Source of the DNA: Candidatus Woesearchaeota archaeon
Lineage (GTDB): Archaea > Nanobdellota > Nanobdellia > Woesearchaeales > UBA583
Assembly: GCA_023898345.1 (NCBI GenBank)
Contig: CP060218.1
Span: 413,510 to 477,509, forward strand
Direction of reading: 5' to 3'
Length of the DNA: 64,000 nt
Part shown: positions 27,761 to 36,606 of the stretch, piece after piece
Layout of the letters: every line of letters starts with the position of its first letter
Position numbering within the stretch: the stretch's first letter is position 1
Translations under genes and position numbers: made by a program
Notes under the pieces: model-generated
Told to the model about the DNA's origin: nothing
Seen by the model: only the letters and a program-made list of their open reading frames with translations
Database searches by the model: none

Positions 27761-28080
27761 CTCATAGAAAAAGGTAAATCTTGTGAAACAATGAGATCAG
27801 TCGCCTTTGTGGCTTGCTTCCAAAATTAAAAATCTGGAAGCTTATCTGTTAGACTGTCCGTTTACAATAAAATTCCTCTAGACGGTTGGTTAGATTGACG
27901 CTTTATGCCAAGATCGTTTTTTGACTGTTAGAATTGAAGAAAAACTCTGTTTAATCACTTGGCTCTCTCCTCCCCCAACAGTCTAATTGAACAGCTGAGA
28001 ATAAATATCTCACAATCGGGCGGTATGGTTTGACAGGAATGTTTATAAAATCATTTTGGATTTCTTATGTGTAATAGCAT

Positions 28081-28094
28081 TTGTGTAAAATAAG
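28081..28094 (+). promoter_or_regulatory. Possible archaeal TATA/BRE-like element about 30 bp upstream of tRNA-Arg
   Basis: A-rich gtgtaaaataag lies 26-39 bp upstream of the tRNA 5' end. A weak match to TTTAWATA. Confidence 0.2.
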
Positions 28095-28119
28095 TTTTTC
28101 ACTTTTGCTTTTCTTTGTT

Positions 28120-28193
28120 GGCCCTGTAGCTTAACCTGGATAGAGTAGCGGGTTTCGGCCCCGCTGGTGGGGGTTCAAATCCCTCCAGGGTCT
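28120..28193 (+). tRNA. tRNA-Arg (anticodon TCG)
   Basis: Hand-folded cloverleaf. Acceptor stem GGCCCTG/CAGGGTC; D stem GCTT/GAGT; anticodon stem GCGGG/CCCGC with loop TTTCGGC; T stem GGGGG/CCCTC with loop TTCAAAT. No encoded CCA. Confidence 0.8.
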
Positions 28194-28216
28194 TTCATTG
28201 TTCTGACTATAGACTA

Positions 28217-28756
28217 TTGTTGTCTCTTTTCATGACAACAACTTTTATAAATCCTTCTTGCTTTACTCCATCCGACATGAGTTATCAATCAAATGCTGCA
28301 GGACTACAAGGAGTATATGGTTTTCCTCTGGACATAAATCTTTTGGAAGATGAGTTAGGAGAAGTCGTAAATTTAATGAGGCATGCACAAAGTGCAATAC
28401 CTCTTGCAAATGTGCCCATTACTCAAGCAATAAAAAACAGTGCATTTGCAGGAAAAGGGGACCAAGCCCTTTTGACAATAGGGGCCACGAATTCAAGAAA
28501 AGGAGGTTCCCTTACTCTTGTGGAACTTATTGGTGCTATTTTGAGAAAGGAATATCCTGAAGAGCCGTTTTACACTGCTTTCCAAAAGGAGGGACTTCCT
28601 CAAAATCCTTGTTTAAGGCTTGCTCTTGCATCTGGATATGAACTTGGAGATCTTTCAGATATGCAACGATCATACATTAAAAATGAGTTTTCTGGAATTT
28701 TGGATGAAATGAGTGACTACAGCAAATCTGAGCAGAGAATTCTTTATTCCAATTAA
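28217..28756 (+). CDS. Hypothetical protein (179 aa)
   Basis: ORF only. Confidence 0.4.
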   Translation: MLSLFMTTTFINPSCFTPSDMSYQSNAAGLQGVYGFPLDINLLEDELGEVVNLMRHAQSAIPLANVPITQAIKNSAFAGKGDQALLTIGATNSRKGGSLTLVELIGAILRKEYPEEPFYTAFQKEGLPQNPCLRLALASGYELGDLSDMQRSYIKNEFSGILDEMSDYSKSEQRILYSN

Positions 28757-28935
28757 AAATTTCAAATTTTCCAAAACCAATACCTCTAAATTTACCAAAC
28801 ATTTTATAAATTATTTTTGATTCACTTTTGTACTGAAGAAAGAGATGAGAAGCGGCTTATCGAGCAAAGGTCGTGGAGTGATGCTCTTGGCTCACAAAAT
28901 ATTGTATCCCTTTCTTTCTTCTTTCACATAAAAAA

Positions 28936-29313
28936 ATGGAAGACCCAGCAGAAATGTATGTTGAGGAAGTAACTCCTGCAAATGAACTAAAAGGTTTCAC
29001 AAAATCCTTCGTAAAGCGTACAAAGGATAAGCGAGAAGAGCATAAAGAAATCAAAGCAATTCTCACAGCGCTTAAAGAGAACCGACTTGTTTTAGGAACA
29101 AAAGTTACAGAAAAAATGCTAAAATCAGGCAAGACAAAGCACGTGTACATATCGTCTACTTGCGACAATCTTGTTCTGCGAAAACTCCAGCACTACTGCG
29201 CACTTGCAGAAGCTGAACTAAGCGTTCTTCATTTGAACAGTAATGAACTTGCACAAAAACTTGCAAAACCCTTTAATATCACAGTAGCATGTGAAAAGGA
29301 GGCTAAAAAATGA
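28936..29313 (+). CDS. rpl30e: Ribosomal protein L30e (L7Ae/L30e family)
   Basis: [28 protein letters not shown]...[16 protein letters not shown]. Sits in the archaeal L30e–S12–S7 gene order. Confidence 0.75.
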   Translation: MEDPAEMYVEEVTPANELKGFTKSFVKRTKDKREEHKEIKAILTALKENRLVLGTKVTEKMLKSGKTKHVYISSTCDNLVLRKLQHYCALAEAELSVLHLNSNELAQKLAKPFNITVACEKEAKK

Positions 29314-29732
29314 GCAGAAAAACAAATGGTCTATTCGCAGCAAAGAAGATGCTTATCAAAAGAGCGTTATTCAAGAAAAGAAGAGTGAATCCTCTTGAGA
29401 AGGCAAAGTACGATCCGCTTGAGAATGCAAACCAAGCAAAAGGAATTGTCTTGAACAAAACAGAAAGAGAAGCTAAACAGCCAAACTCTGCTTTGCGTAA
29501 GTGTGTTACAGTCCAGCTTTCTAAGAACGGAAAGTCTATTGTTGCGTTCCTTCCTGGAAATAATGCTTCAAAGTTCGTGAACGAGCACGACGAAGTAATG
29601 GTTGAAGGTATTGGTGGAATTAAAGGAAAATCCAAGGGTGATATTCCGGGAGTGAGATGGAAGGTTATCCAAGTAAATGGTCAGTCGCTCAACGCGCTTA
29701 TCAGAGGAAAACTTGAGAGGGCAAGAAAGTAA
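29310..29732 (+). CDS. rps12: Ribosomal protein uS12 (archaeal/eukaryotic S23 type)
   Basis: [20 protein letters not shown]...VEGIGG. Confidence 0.9.
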   Translation: MSRKTNGLFAAKKMLIKRALFKKRRVNPLEKAKYDPLENANQAKGIVLNKTEREAKQPNSALRKCVTVQLSKNGKSIVAFLPGNNASKFVNEHDEVMVEGIGGIKGKSKGDIPGVRWKVIQVNGQSLNALIRGKLERARK

Positions 29733-29733
29733 A

Positions 29734-30339
29734 ATGGTTCAAACTGAAATTAAACTGTACAACAAGTGGACTTTCAATGACGTTGCCGTGACAGACCTTG
29801 GTTTGCAAAACTACATCAACTTGCGACCTATTATTGTCCCAAGAACAAACGGATATTATCACAATACAGCCTTTTACAAAACGAAAATAAATATTGTAGA
29901 AAGGCTCATGAACCGTTTGCAAGTCACAGGACACAAAGGAAGGAAACATTACATTAGTTCGGGACATAATACAGGGAAAGCAAAAAAAATTTCATCTCTT
30001 ATGAAGGAAGTCTTTGAAGAGTTGGAAAAGAAAACAAAGGAAAACCCTATTCAGGTGTTAGTAACTGCGATAGAACATGCAGCACCACGTGAAGAAGTCA
30101 TTACTATTGAGCGTTCAGGAGCAAGGTATGCACAGGCAGTCGACATGTCTCCTCAGAGAAGAGTTGACTTAGTTTTGCGCTATCTTTCACAGGGGGCATC
30201 TCACAAAGCTTTCAATTCTGCAACGTCACTCAAAGAGACATTAGCGGCAGAAATCCTTGACTGTTATCACAGAGGGGACAAAAGTACAGCAATGTCCAAA
30301 AAGAACGAAATTGAGAAGATGGCAGCAGCTGCCAAATAA
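29734..30339 (+). CDS. rps7: Ribosomal protein uS7 (S5e type)
   Basis: Start taken at the ATG immediately after the S12 stop. VLVTAIEHAAPREEV...AQAVDMSPQRRVDL. Confidence 0.9.
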   Translation: MVQTEIKLYNKWTFNDVAVTDLGLQNYINLRPIIVPRTNGYYHNTAFYKTKINIVERLMNRLQVTGHKGRKHYISSGHNTGKAKKISSLMKEVFEELEKKTKENPIQVLVTAIEHAAPREEVITIERSGARYAQAVDMSPQRRVDLVLRYLSQGASHKAFNSATSLKETLAAEILDCYHRGDKSTAMSKKNEIEKMAAAAK

Positions 30340-30353
30340 AGCTAAAACATAAA

Positions 30354-30989
30354 ATGGTCTCAGACGAAAGAATCAAAACTGGAACAACGACTTTAGGAAT
30401 GCTCTTCAAAGGAGGAGTTCTTCTTGCAGCGGACAGGCGAGTAACGTCATATAAGATTGTGAGTGATAAATTCACAAAAATTTTTGATTTATCTCCAAAT
30501 GCTGTTGCAACAGTCTCAGGCGGAGCTGCTGATGCTCAACTTTTCATGAGGATTATTCAAGGAGAATTGAAACTCATCTCTCTCAAAAACGAGCGAGAAG
30601 CAAAAGTGAAGGAAGCAGCAATGATCCTTAATTCCATGCAGTACAGAGGAATTCGTTCAATGGGAAGTATTGTCGGTCTTATTATAGGGGGTTACGACAA
30701 AGGTGAAGGAGCAAGTCTCTACGATCTCTCTCCTGACGGTACCATCAGTTTAAGTGATGGATTTTTGACGACAGGTTCGGGAAGTATTTATGTTCAAGGA
30801 TTGCTTGATGATTGCTACAAGCCAGATTTAAGTGAAAAAGAAGCACTAGATCTTGCGGAGAGGGCATTCAAAGTAGCATTCAAGAATGATAATGCAAGTG
30901 GAGGCGGCTTTATTGCCAAAGTTGTTACAAAAGATGGGATCAAAGAAGCTGAGCGAAAAATTATCAAAGCAGATTTGGTGAAAGAGTAA
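30354..30989 (+). CDS. psmB: Proteasome beta subunit with propeptide
   Basis: Propeptide followed by the TTTLGM Thr1 active site, with conserved GSG and K33-like residues. Confidence 0.9.
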   Translation: MVSDERIKTGTTTLGMLFKGGVLLAADRRVTSYKIVSDKFTKIFDLSPNAVATVSGGAADAQLFMRIIQGELKLISLKNEREAKVKEAAMILNSMQYRGIRSMGSIVGLIIGGYDKGEGASLYDLSPDGTISLSDGFLTTGSGSIYVQGLLDDCYKPDLSEKEALDLAERAFKVAFKNDNASGGGFIAKVVTKDGIKEAERKIIKADLVKE

Positions 30990-30990
30990 A

Positions 30991-31284
30991 ATGGAAATTA
31001 TTAATGACAAAGTAAATACATTGCTTGGAAGGCGCGAACTTACTGTAAGGGTTGAGAGTACTGGACCCACTCTTACTCGTGGCGCTATAAAAGAACAACT
31101 TGTAAAGAAGTTGGATGAAGAAGCAGCAAGCATTTTTGTGAAAAAGATTAATACAAATTATCGTTCGCAAGATGTTCTTGTTGAAGCTTATGTATATGAG
31201 AGTGAGGAAGCACTCAAAAAGAGTTTTCCTGCTCATCTGCAAAAAAGAAATGAAAGCAAAAAAGCTGCTGGTGGGGAAGAATAA
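30991..31284 (+). CDS. rps24e: Ribosomal protein S24e
   Basis: NTLLGRRELTVRVESTGPTLTRGAIKEQL... Confidence 0.8.
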   Translation: MEIINDKVNTLLGRRELTVRVESTGPTLTRGAIKEQLVKKLDEEAASIFVKKINTNYRSQDVLVEAYVYESEEALKKSFPAHLQKRNESKKAAGGEE

Positions 31285-31286
31285 AA

Positions 31287-31457
31287 ATGTCGCGCTACAA
31301 ACATGTTAGTAAGAAAAAGAGAATTGTAAAGGCAGCACGACAAACTTCTTGGGCTCCTTACTTTGCTATCTTCAAAAAATTTGGAGTTGGAAAAAGAATT
31401 CATCCTTCAGTTATGTCTAAAAAGAGAAGCTGGAGAAGAGACAGACTTAAAATCTAA
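31287..31457 (+). CDS. rpl39e: Ribosomal protein L39e (56 aa). Not in the ORF track because it is shorter than 60 aa.
   Basis: MSRYKHVSKKKRIVKAARQTSWAPYFAIFKKFGVGKRIHPSVMSKKRSWRRDRLKI fits the L39e pattern K..KK.R.aKa.kqN...P.Wv..KT......P..R.WRR..LKv. Confidence 0.6.
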   Translation: MSRYKHVSKKKRIVKAARQTSWAPYFAIFKKFGVGKRIHPSVMSKKRSWRRDRLKI

Positions 31458-31461
31458 AGTC

Positions 31462-32022
31462 TTACTTCTTTTTAGAAAAATAGTTTTTTGCGTACTTCTT
31501 ACCGAAAGCTCTTGAAGAGAGTGAGATGGAGATTTCTGGAAATGAGAGTAATACCCACTCTACATATGTGTTGCAATTTGGGCCGGGTACAAAGTGATAC
31601 TTTTCTTTGAAAGGGTAATCTTTCAAACTTTTTTCTAAGAACTCGCCTATGTCGTGAGCTAGGGATGTTTCGTTTCCTGAACAGAACCACACGAGGGTCG
31701 AGTCAAAGGATGCTGAAGAATAGCCTTTTTTCAGTCCTTGATTTGCTTTCCAGAAAAAATCTTTGTATAGGTGGTCTGCTGAAATTCCTCTTTTCAATCC
31801 TTTTTTGTGCCAGATTTCGTAGCGATGAGTTCCTTCTGGGGAGACTGCAACAAACCAATGGTGCAGTGCAAAGGATAGGGGAAAGGTTATTGGAGAGGAA
31901 TAAAGGTATATTGCATATTTTTCATCTTTTGTTGTCATTTTTTCACTTGCAGTGCGATAACACGAGCTGCTCAAATTCTTTGTAGGCTTTGTCAAGGGAA
32001 TCATTAATAATTTTGTGGTCAA
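31462..32022 (-). CDS. PPPDE/DeSI-like putative peptidase
   Basis: HHWFVAVSPEGTHRYEIWH ... GPNCNTYVEW gives the His then NCN Cys arrangement of the PPPDE fold (from memory). Confidence 0.4.
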   Translation of the reverse strand: MTTKLLMIPLTKPTKNLSSSCYRTASEKMTTKDEKYAIYLYSSPITFPLSFALHHWFVAVSPEGTHRYEIWHKKGLKRGISADHLYKDFFWKANQGLKKGYSSASFDSTLVWFCSGNETSLAHDIGEFLEKSLKDYPFKEKYHFVPGPNCNTYVEWVLLSFPEISISLSSRAFGKKYAKNYFSKKK

Positions 32023-32527
32023 ACTTATTAGCGTATTCTAATTCTTTTCTTGCGGTTTCAAGGCGTGTCTGGATTTCTTTTTCGTCTCCGGTCCCGCGCT
32101 TTGTAAGGCGTTCTTGAAGAACTTCAAATGATGGTGGTGCAATGAAGATTGTCGTTAGTAGTTCTGAGGGGAATATTTCTTGAAGGGCAAGAGCTCCTTG
32201 GACATCTATATCTTTCATTACAAAAAATCCTTGGGTAAGTTGTTTCAAAAGAGCTTCTTTGAGGATTCCGTAATATTTGTCGTGCACCTTTGCCCATTCT
32301 AATACTTTTTTTTTTTCAATTGCTTCTTCGAATTCTTCTTTGCTGAGAAACTGATAATGTTTTCCGTCAATTTCTCCTTCTCTCATTGGTCTTGAGGTTG
32401 CTGAGAGGGGAAAGACAAAATGGGTGTAGTTCTTGAAAAATTCTTCTTGGAGGGTATTTTTTCCAACACCACTTGGTCCAATAATAACGAAGAAATGTCC
32501 CTTTATCTGGGAATGCTGTATATCCAT
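31943..32527 (-). CDS. gmk: Guanylate kinase
   Basis: GPSGVGKNTL P-loop and SATSRPMREGE. Confidence 0.85.
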   Translation of the reverse strand: MDIQHSQIKGHFFVIIGPSGVGKNTLQEEFFKNYTHFVFPLSATSRPMREGEIDGKHYQFLSKEEFEEAIEKKKVLEWAKVHDKYYGILKEALLKQLTQGFFVMKDIDVQGALALQEIFPSELLTTIFIAPPSFEVLQERLTKRGTGDEKEIQTRLETARKELEYANKFDHKIINDSLDKAYKEFEQLVLSHCK

Positions 32528-32564
32528 AGGAAAGGGAAGAGCAAGAACTTAAAAAGCTATTCTT

Positions 32565-33422
32565 TTAGCTTACTGAGCCCCAACCTGTGTCGACAACTTC
32601 TGTTTCTGTTTCTTTTGTCGGGTCGATAACTAATAATGTATTTTCTAAAAGTTGGCGTGGTTTGACACTTTGTGGGTCTGAGCGTTGAAATGTATAATTT
32701 CCTCCTGTTTGCATTGTGTAATAGTCGACAGAATAGCTAAGGCTAACTTGTAAGTTTACTGAGCGCATTGTTTTACTGAAATCTTTAAGTTTGAAGAGAT
32801 CACTGTCGTGTTCGACTACTATTTTTAATTTTTCTCCTGGTGTTGTGAATTTCTTACTTAGTTCTTTACTTGCAATAATTTCATTCTCATTTGTTATGAT
32901 GTATAGGCCTTCTATTGTTAGGTCTTTTATTTTCCGTGTGTCTGTGCTTTGTATTTTGTTTAATTCTACTTCAACTTCAAACTCATGTTCTCCTATGATA
33001 AAAGGGCTATTATATGTTACTTGTGCGCTTAGGGTATAGTCATTTCCATTGCTAAATGAAAGGAGTTTTGTTTTCTTGTCAACTGCATCTGTTACTTTAG
33101 TTTGGCAAGTATTGTCTTTCGTACAGTAGTATTCTAAATATTCTCCTTTGTTGCCACTACAACCGCCTTCGCTACGTGGCAGGTTAATGTCTACATCTTT
33201 TGGACAGTTGCAAGCATTCTCTGCAGACTCTGCAACTCCATTTCCACATTTGTTTTTTGGAATTGATTTTCCTTCACAGTTTCCAGTTTCTGGGTTGTAT
33301 GTATAGATTTCATACACGCCGTCACCATATGTACTGCAGTCTGGAGGGTTAGAAGAACAGGATGTTAGGGCTAGAAGAGAAAAAAGGAGAAGCAAGGAAA
33401 GAAGGTAAGTACTTTTTTTCAT
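32565..33422 (-). CDS. Cys-rich secreted lipoprotein, function unknown
   Basis: Signal peptide plus LALTSCSS lipobox; many paired Cys. Confidence 0.45.
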   Translation of the reverse strand: MKKSTYLLSLLLLFSLLALTSCSSNPPDCSTYGDGVYEIYTYNPETGNCEGKSIPKNKCGNGVAESAENACNCPKDVDINLPRSEGGCSGNKGEYLEYYCTKDNTCQTKVTDAVDKKTKLLSFSNGNDYTLSAQVTYNSPFIIGEHEFEVEVELNKIQSTDTRKIKDLTIEGLYIITNENEIIASKELSKKFTTPGEKLKIVVEHDSDLFKLKDFSKTMRSVNLQVSLSYSVDYYTMQTGGNYTFQRSDPQSVKPRQLLENTLLVIDPTKETETEVVDTGWGSVS

Positions 33423-33444
33423 TTTATTTAAAGGAGATTTTTAT

Positions 33445-34008
33445 TTATTCTATGCTAATTGCTATTTGTTCTGTTTTCTTCAATTCTGTTCCAGGTGGGC
33501 TAAATGTTAGGGAAAGGAAAAGCTCGTCTCCTGTTGTGCAAGTTCCGGAATCTGCTAGAATTGCTAATGTCATTGTTTGTGTATCTTTTGGATTGATGTC
33601 AAATCCTTGACCTTTTACTTGTAGCTGGCAACTCTGTGGGGAGTTAATAATTTGGCTTTGCATGGTGATAACTCCTGTAGGTAAAGCTCCTTCAAAACTT
33701 GGGATATTCAAAACACTTGTTCCTAGGTTTTGTACTTTTACAAAAAGGTATGAAGGTTTTGTTCCTGGTTTTACTTCTAGTGCGTCAGGGCCAGCAGCAA
33801 AATAGCCAGCTTCATTTTCAACTTGTTGTTTAATTCTTAACTGCGCATCGTTAAGTTGATCTTCAAATTGGTCTGAACTCTTATTAATGAGGCTTGTAAC
33901 GAAGGCAATAATGAGGCCCATGACGATAAGTCCAATAATAAGCATAATAATGAGGTTTAAACTCATCTCTATTGCTCCTTTTTTATTCTGTTGCATGGTT
34001 TTCATCAA
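33445..34008 (-). CDS. Type IV pilin/archaellin-like protein with a class III signal peptide
   Basis: The N-terminus MMKTMQQNKKGA|IEMSLNLIIMLIIGLIVMGLII is a basic stretch followed by a hydrophobic helix, typical of prepilin-peptidase substrates. Confidence 0.5.
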   Translation of the reverse strand: MMKTMQQNKKGAIEMSLNLIIMLIIGLIVMGLIIAFVTSLINKSSDQFEDQLNDAQLRIKQQVENEAGYFAAGPDALEVKPGTKPSYLFVKVQNLGTSVLNIPSFEGALPTGVITMQSQIINSPQSCQLQVKGQGFDINPKDTQTMTLAILADSGTCTTGDELFLSLTFSPPGTELKKTEQIAISIE

Positions 34009-34087
34009 GTATAAGTCTTTATATTAATTTTTTATTACTGGGGAGGGTCTGAGTTTTTTCTTCGTAAAAAATTTAAACTAGGCTTTA

Positions 34088-35257
34088 ATGTTCTTTCCCA
34101 TGACAGAAGGAAAAGTGACTCCCTGGGATGTCAGTGGTACTATTGATTATAATAAGTTAATTCGTGAATTTGGTGTTGAATATATTTCAGCAGAACAAAA
34201 ACAATATTTGCTAGAACTTGCAAAGGCTAAGGGTTTGCAAGAACATATTTTTTTGAGACGAGGCCTTTTTTTTGCACAAATGGATTTGTCAGAAGTTATT
34301 AGTGCTCACAAAGCAGGACAAAGTATCTTTTTGTACACGGGACGTGCGCCAGGCGGAAGCATGCATCTTGGGCATCTTATTCCTTTTCTTTTCACGAAAT
34401 TTTTGCAAGATCTTTTTGATTGCAATTTGTATATTCAGTTTCCCGATGATGAAAAGTTTCTCTTCAAGAAAGACTTAACACAAAGTAAAGTTGATGACAT
34501 GTGTCAGAGTGATCTTTTAGATGTTGCTTCTTTTGGATTCAATATTGAAAAAACTTTTATTTTCAGAAACTCGGAATTTATTGCTCATATGTATCCGCTT
34601 GTTCTTGAAGTTTCAAAGCGTCTTACGTTTTCTCAGGCAAGAAATACTTTTGGCTTTACAAATGATTCAAATGTTGGGATGATTCATTATCCTGCTCTTC
34701 AGATAACGCCTACTTTTTTTGAGAGGGGGTTTTGTCTTATTCCTTGTGGTATTGATCAGAATCCTTATTTCCTTTTACAAAGAGACTTTGCTGTAAAAAT
34801 GGGTTTTCACAAAAATGCAACAATCCTTAACAAGTTTTTGCCCTCTCTTACTGGTCCCGCTGGAAAAATGTCGGCTTCAGATCCGTCCAAGGCTTTGCTT
34901 TTGTCTGACGATGCTGCTACTATAAAAAAGAAAATAAACAAGTATGCTTACTCTGGCGGTCGTGAAACTCTTGAGGAGCATAGAAAATTTGGGGGAAATA
35001 CGGAAATTGATGTTTCTTTTCAATGGTTGTATTATTTATTCGAGGAAGATGATATGGTAATAGAACAGATTAAAAAAAATTATGAGTCTGGAAGTATGCT
35101 CTCTGGTGAAATGAAGGCTCTTTTTATTGATAAGGTAAATGCATTTTTCTCGGACTTTCAGGCAAGGCGTGTCCAGTGCAGGGAAACAAACTTACTGAGA
35201 ACATATATGTACGAAGGGACTTTGGCAAAGGCTATGTGGGAGAGAACTGGGCACTAA
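34088..35257 (+). CDS. trpS: Tryptophanyl-tRNA synthetase, archaeal/eukaryotic type
   Basis: GRAPGGSMHLGHLIPFLFTKFLQD (the HIGH motif) and KMSASDPS (the KMSKS motif). Close to eukaryotic TrpRS. Confidence 0.85.
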   Translation: MFFPMTEGKVTPWDVSGTIDYNKLIREFGVEYISAEQKQYLLELAKAKGLQEHIFLRRGLFFAQMDLSEVISAHKAGQSIFLYTGRAPGGSMHLGHLIPFLFTKFLQDLFDCNLYIQFPDDEKFLFKKDLTQSKVDDMCQSDLLDVASFGFNIEKTFIFRNSEFIAHMYPLVLEVSKRLTFSQARNTFGFTNDSNVGMIHYPALQITPTFFERGFCLIPCGIDQNPYFLLQRDFAVKMGFHKNATILNKFLPSLTGPAGKMSASDPSKALLLSDDAATIKKKINKYAYSGGRETLEEHRKFGGNTEIDVSFQWLYYLFEEDDMVIEQIKKNYESGSMLSGEMKALFIDKVNAFFSDFQARRVQCRETNLLRTYMYEGTLAKAMWERTGH

Positions 35258-35307
35258 GGATGGATTACCAAACACTACATGTTAACTCTGTTGGCAAAAA
35301 AGACTCT

Positions 35308-36321
35308 ATGAAAAAAATTCTTCTTGTAACGGATGCCTGGTATCCACAGATAAATGGTGTTGTGAGGGTCTTTGAAAAGATAATGGGGGAACTTGAAAAG
35401 AAAGGCTACACATTTATTATTATTAGTCCAAGTCTTTTCAAAACTGTTCCACTTCCTACATACAAGGAGATAAGAATCTCTCTTTTTCCGAAAAAGAAAA
35501 TAAAAGAAATTCTCGAAAAAGAAAAACCTGATTTTATTCACATTGCGACAGAGGGGTCTCTTGGAATTGCGACAAGAAATCTTTGTAAAAAAAGGGGACT
35601 TCCTTTCACTACTTCGTATCATACTAGATTCACCGATTATGTGCATCTTAGGTTAAACATGATTTCTCCAAATACGGTGTACAAATATTTGGGTTGGTTT
35701 CACAACGCAGCGCAACACACCATGGTAAATACAAAATCAATGGAAGACGAGCTCAGGCAGTACAAGATTACAAAACTTGTTCAATGGCCTCTTGGTGTTG
35801 ATACGGGTCTTTTCATAAAGAATGAAAAAGCAAAGAAACTCAAAAATCTCAAAAAACCTATTTTTACTTATCTTGGAAGACTTGCTATTGAGAAAAATGT
35901 TGAAGACTTTCTAAGACTCGAGCTTCCAGGAAGCAAACTTATTATTGGCGATGGTCCTGACAAAAAAAAACTGGAAGAAAAATACAAGAAAAATACTTTC
36001 TTTGTTGGATATAAGCAGGGTCAAGATATTGTAGACTTACTTTCTCTTTCTGATGTTTTTGTCTTCCCTTCAATAACTGAAACATTCGGGCTTGTCATTG
36101 TTGAAGCACTTGCATGCTCTGTGCCTGTCGCTGCCTATGATGTCCAAGGTCCAAAGGACATTATCACAAATGGATTTGATGGTTTTATAGGTCCAGATCT
36201 AGGGAAAAATGCTCTTAATTGTCTTGAAATAAAAAAAACTCATTGTAGAGAAACTGCATTAAAATACTCGTGGGAAAACTCTGCGGAGTGTTTTCTTCGC
36301 AACTTGGTGCCTATAAAGTAA
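35308..36321 (+). CDS. Glycosyltransferase family 4
   Basis: MKKILLVTDAWYPQINGV...FPSITETFGLVIVEALACSVPV. The ORF track starts at 35176 and overlaps trpS; start taken at the internal Met. Confidence 0.7.
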   Translation: MKKILLVTDAWYPQINGVVRVFEKIMGELEKKGYTFIIISPSLFKTVPLPTYKEIRISLFPKKKIKEILEKEKPDFIHIATEGSLGIATRNLCKKRGLPFTTSYHTRFTDYVHLRLNMISPNTVYKYLGWFHNAAQHTMVNTKSMEDELRQYKITKLVQWPLGVDTGLFIKNEKAKKLKNLKKPIFTYLGRLAIEKNVEDFLRLELPGSKLIIGDGPDKKKLEEKYKKNTFFVGYKQGQDIVDLLSLSDVFVFPSITETFGLVIVEALACSVPVAAYDVQGPKDIITNGFDGFIGPDLGKNALNCLEIKKTHCRETALKYSWENSAECFLRNLVPIK

Positions 36322-36410
36322 CTCTTTGCTTTGAGGTAAGTTCAATGTTCTTTTTGTTTTCTTGTTTTATGGGGTCTCTGGTGTTTGTATTGGGCATCCA
36401 TTTTTCAGTG

Positions 36411-36549
36411 ATTCCTTAGCTGGGTATTATACCCCGCAGCTCTGCTGCGACCACTCAGCTGGGAGTTAGAAATCGCGTCTTGAAAATTGCCGTAATGCCC
36501 CGGAGCTCTGCTCCGATTGGGATAGGCACATTTTAGCGATTTCTTTACT
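36411..36549. repeat. Copy B of the ~140-bp structured repeat, inverted relative to copy A at 7678..7818
   Basis: The reverse complement is about 97% identical to copy A. Confidence 0.85.
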
Positions 36550-36606
36550 TCTTTACTTATCCAATCTTAAAGAAATGTTTATTAACTGGGGTGAGAAATA
36601 ATTTTT

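Noticed and set aside
28857-29168. 103-aa minus-strand ORF
   Set aside because: Overlaps the L30e gene on the opposite strand. L30e has clear family similarity and fits the conserved gene order.
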